A stretch of DNA of 52,139 bases, the filler included, from Ionaspis alba (Eukaryota), in the NCBI GenBank assembly GCA_964255285.1. It is 2 parts of 2 records of this genome, joined end to end, with 100 filler letters (N's around TTAATTAATTAA, not from the genome) between each part and the next. Parts side by side here need not be neighbours in the genome. Positions count along the whole stretch, not along the records: positions 26,126 to 52,139 come from CAXUUL010000151.1; 1 more part is not named here. The stretch is one strand, 5' to 3'. A program made the position numbers and the translations under genes. Under the pieces are notes generated by a model, which was given only the letters and a program-made list of their open reading frames with translations, did no database searches and had not been told where the DNA came from. Positions 50,949-52,139 of this stretch are shown here, piece by piece. The number at the start of each line of letters is the position of its first letter. Position 1 is the stretch's first letter.

Positions 50949-51372
50949 GTGGGTTGATAAACGACCAAATTGTCGGCTACGTGATGCGAATGGATCTTGG
51001 GTGGGAGAGTGGGTGGTAATGTTGGCTAGTTCAGGAACTTTGAGAAGGCATGCATGATTCTGGTGGCTTACGTGTACACTACAGATATGTCAGTTCCTGA
51101 TTCACAAGGTGCACGAATCTATGTTACTAGTAGCACAATGTCGTGCCATGAAATCGGGTAATCATGAAATCATTAGTCAAACGACACTGCCAAACTTCTG
51201 CTACCGTCACAACTACTCAAGACAAGGCCGCATACAAGTACTAAGAAGAGTATGCTAGCATTCAACCACAACGGCGTGGGTACCACCACCTCTCTTGTCC
51301 TTCCGATTTGGTCGAACATATTCCCACTCGCTATTCGCGCTCTCCTTTTCTCTCCTGACTTTACGATTCTAA

Positions 51373-51945
51373 CTATCCTGCTTCTCCTCCTTCTCCCTCT
51401 GCTGCTTCCGGTCTTGCATCGGCTGCTGAAGCGCCTGCTAGTATTAGTTCCATTTCCTCCCGAATGTTATTTCGCACAATCTCCCGCTTCCGTTCCTCGA
51501 GCTGCTTTACCAAGTCTTCAACATCCATCTTAGGGTCCTCTTCAAGCGTTGCCGATACCTTGTCATCTTCAACTTCGGCCTGCTTAGCCGCTTTCCACAA
51601 TGCTTGATCTATTCTCTCTTTCCTGAAAGACCATATGAATGTAAGAATTGGATTATTGTTCACATGAGCGAGTAATGCCTCTTCTCCCTTCCCTATTTCG
51701 AATTGCTTCATCAGCTTGGCGCGTGTTCCAGAGTCCATGGCCTTAGGCGTCATCCAAAAGTTTGCCAGAAGGGCCTTGGATCCTTCCTCCTGGGATGTCC
51801 AGTAGACAGCTTCACACATGGAATCGGAGAGCCCGAAATTTGAGTGTAGGGACTCCTTTATCTCACCCTCGCACCAATTCTCCTGTTTGGCTAGGAGGAC
51901 ATAGACTAGGGCAAGCGTTCCTTCAGGAGCGTTTGGTTGTGACAT
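51373..51945 (-). CDS. Hypothetical protein with charged, coiled-coil-like C-terminus (about 190 aa)
   Basis: ccacaATG at 51945 inside a long ORF. A possible 40-nt intron (GTGCGA..CTAAT..TAG) near the end would change the C-terminus. No family recognised. Confidence 0.5.
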   Translation of the reverse strand: MSQPNAPEGTLALVYVLLAKQENWCEGEIKESLHSNFGLSDSMCEAVYWTSQEEGSKALLANFWMTPKAMDSGTRAKLMKQFEIGKGEEALLAHVNNNPILTFIWSFRKERIDQALWKAAKQAEVEDDKVSATLEEDPKMDVEDLVKQLEERKREIVRNNIREEMELILAGASAADARPEAAEGEGGEAG

Positions 51946-52139
51946 TGTGGATGAATTCCTTTTGTCTTCTTGGAAAAAAAGGATATGTTTCAATGAGAAG
52001 TTGCGGAATACTGGGTATTTGGCGATGATCAGCACTACTGATATCTTTTGGTGGGTGGTGTATGGTTCGAGCTGAGGGTAGTGAGGACCTCTGTTGTGGC
52101 ACAGGCGATTGAATGGAGGTTTGAGGAAAGATGAATATT

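Overview
Gene-dense, intron-containing fungal DNA (filamentous ascomycete/Pezizomycotina-like: short GT-AG introns with CTRAC/CTRAT branch sites). It is made of two contigs joined by an artificial 100-nt spacer at 26026-26125. I built spliced models by hand and checked that exon lengths sum to whole codons. Conserved genes: OSH4/KES1, CDT2, a Tim17/22-like membrane protein, eIF4B, FMP27/BLTP2, full-length CAND1, TEL1/ATM head-to-head with NUP192, a CorA transporter and a hydrophilin-like protein. Accessory-looking genes: a DUF1772-like oxygenase, a multi-pass membrane protein, an intracellular HEXXH zincin-like ORF and small orphans. The most notable observation is a Rac/Cdc42-like gene with P-loop K>E, switch-II Q>D, an apparent GT>GA donor loss and a CaaX box whose stop is lost (pseudogene or pseudo-GTPase). 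Others are a 3-nt microexon in eIF4B, an MCB cluster upstream of CDT2, frequent AAG acceptors, stop-free 3n introns, a 90-bp tandem duplication and a hairpin-rich tract beside the gap. I could not support a coherent new multi-gene system. Family calls rest on recognised motifs, not database searches.
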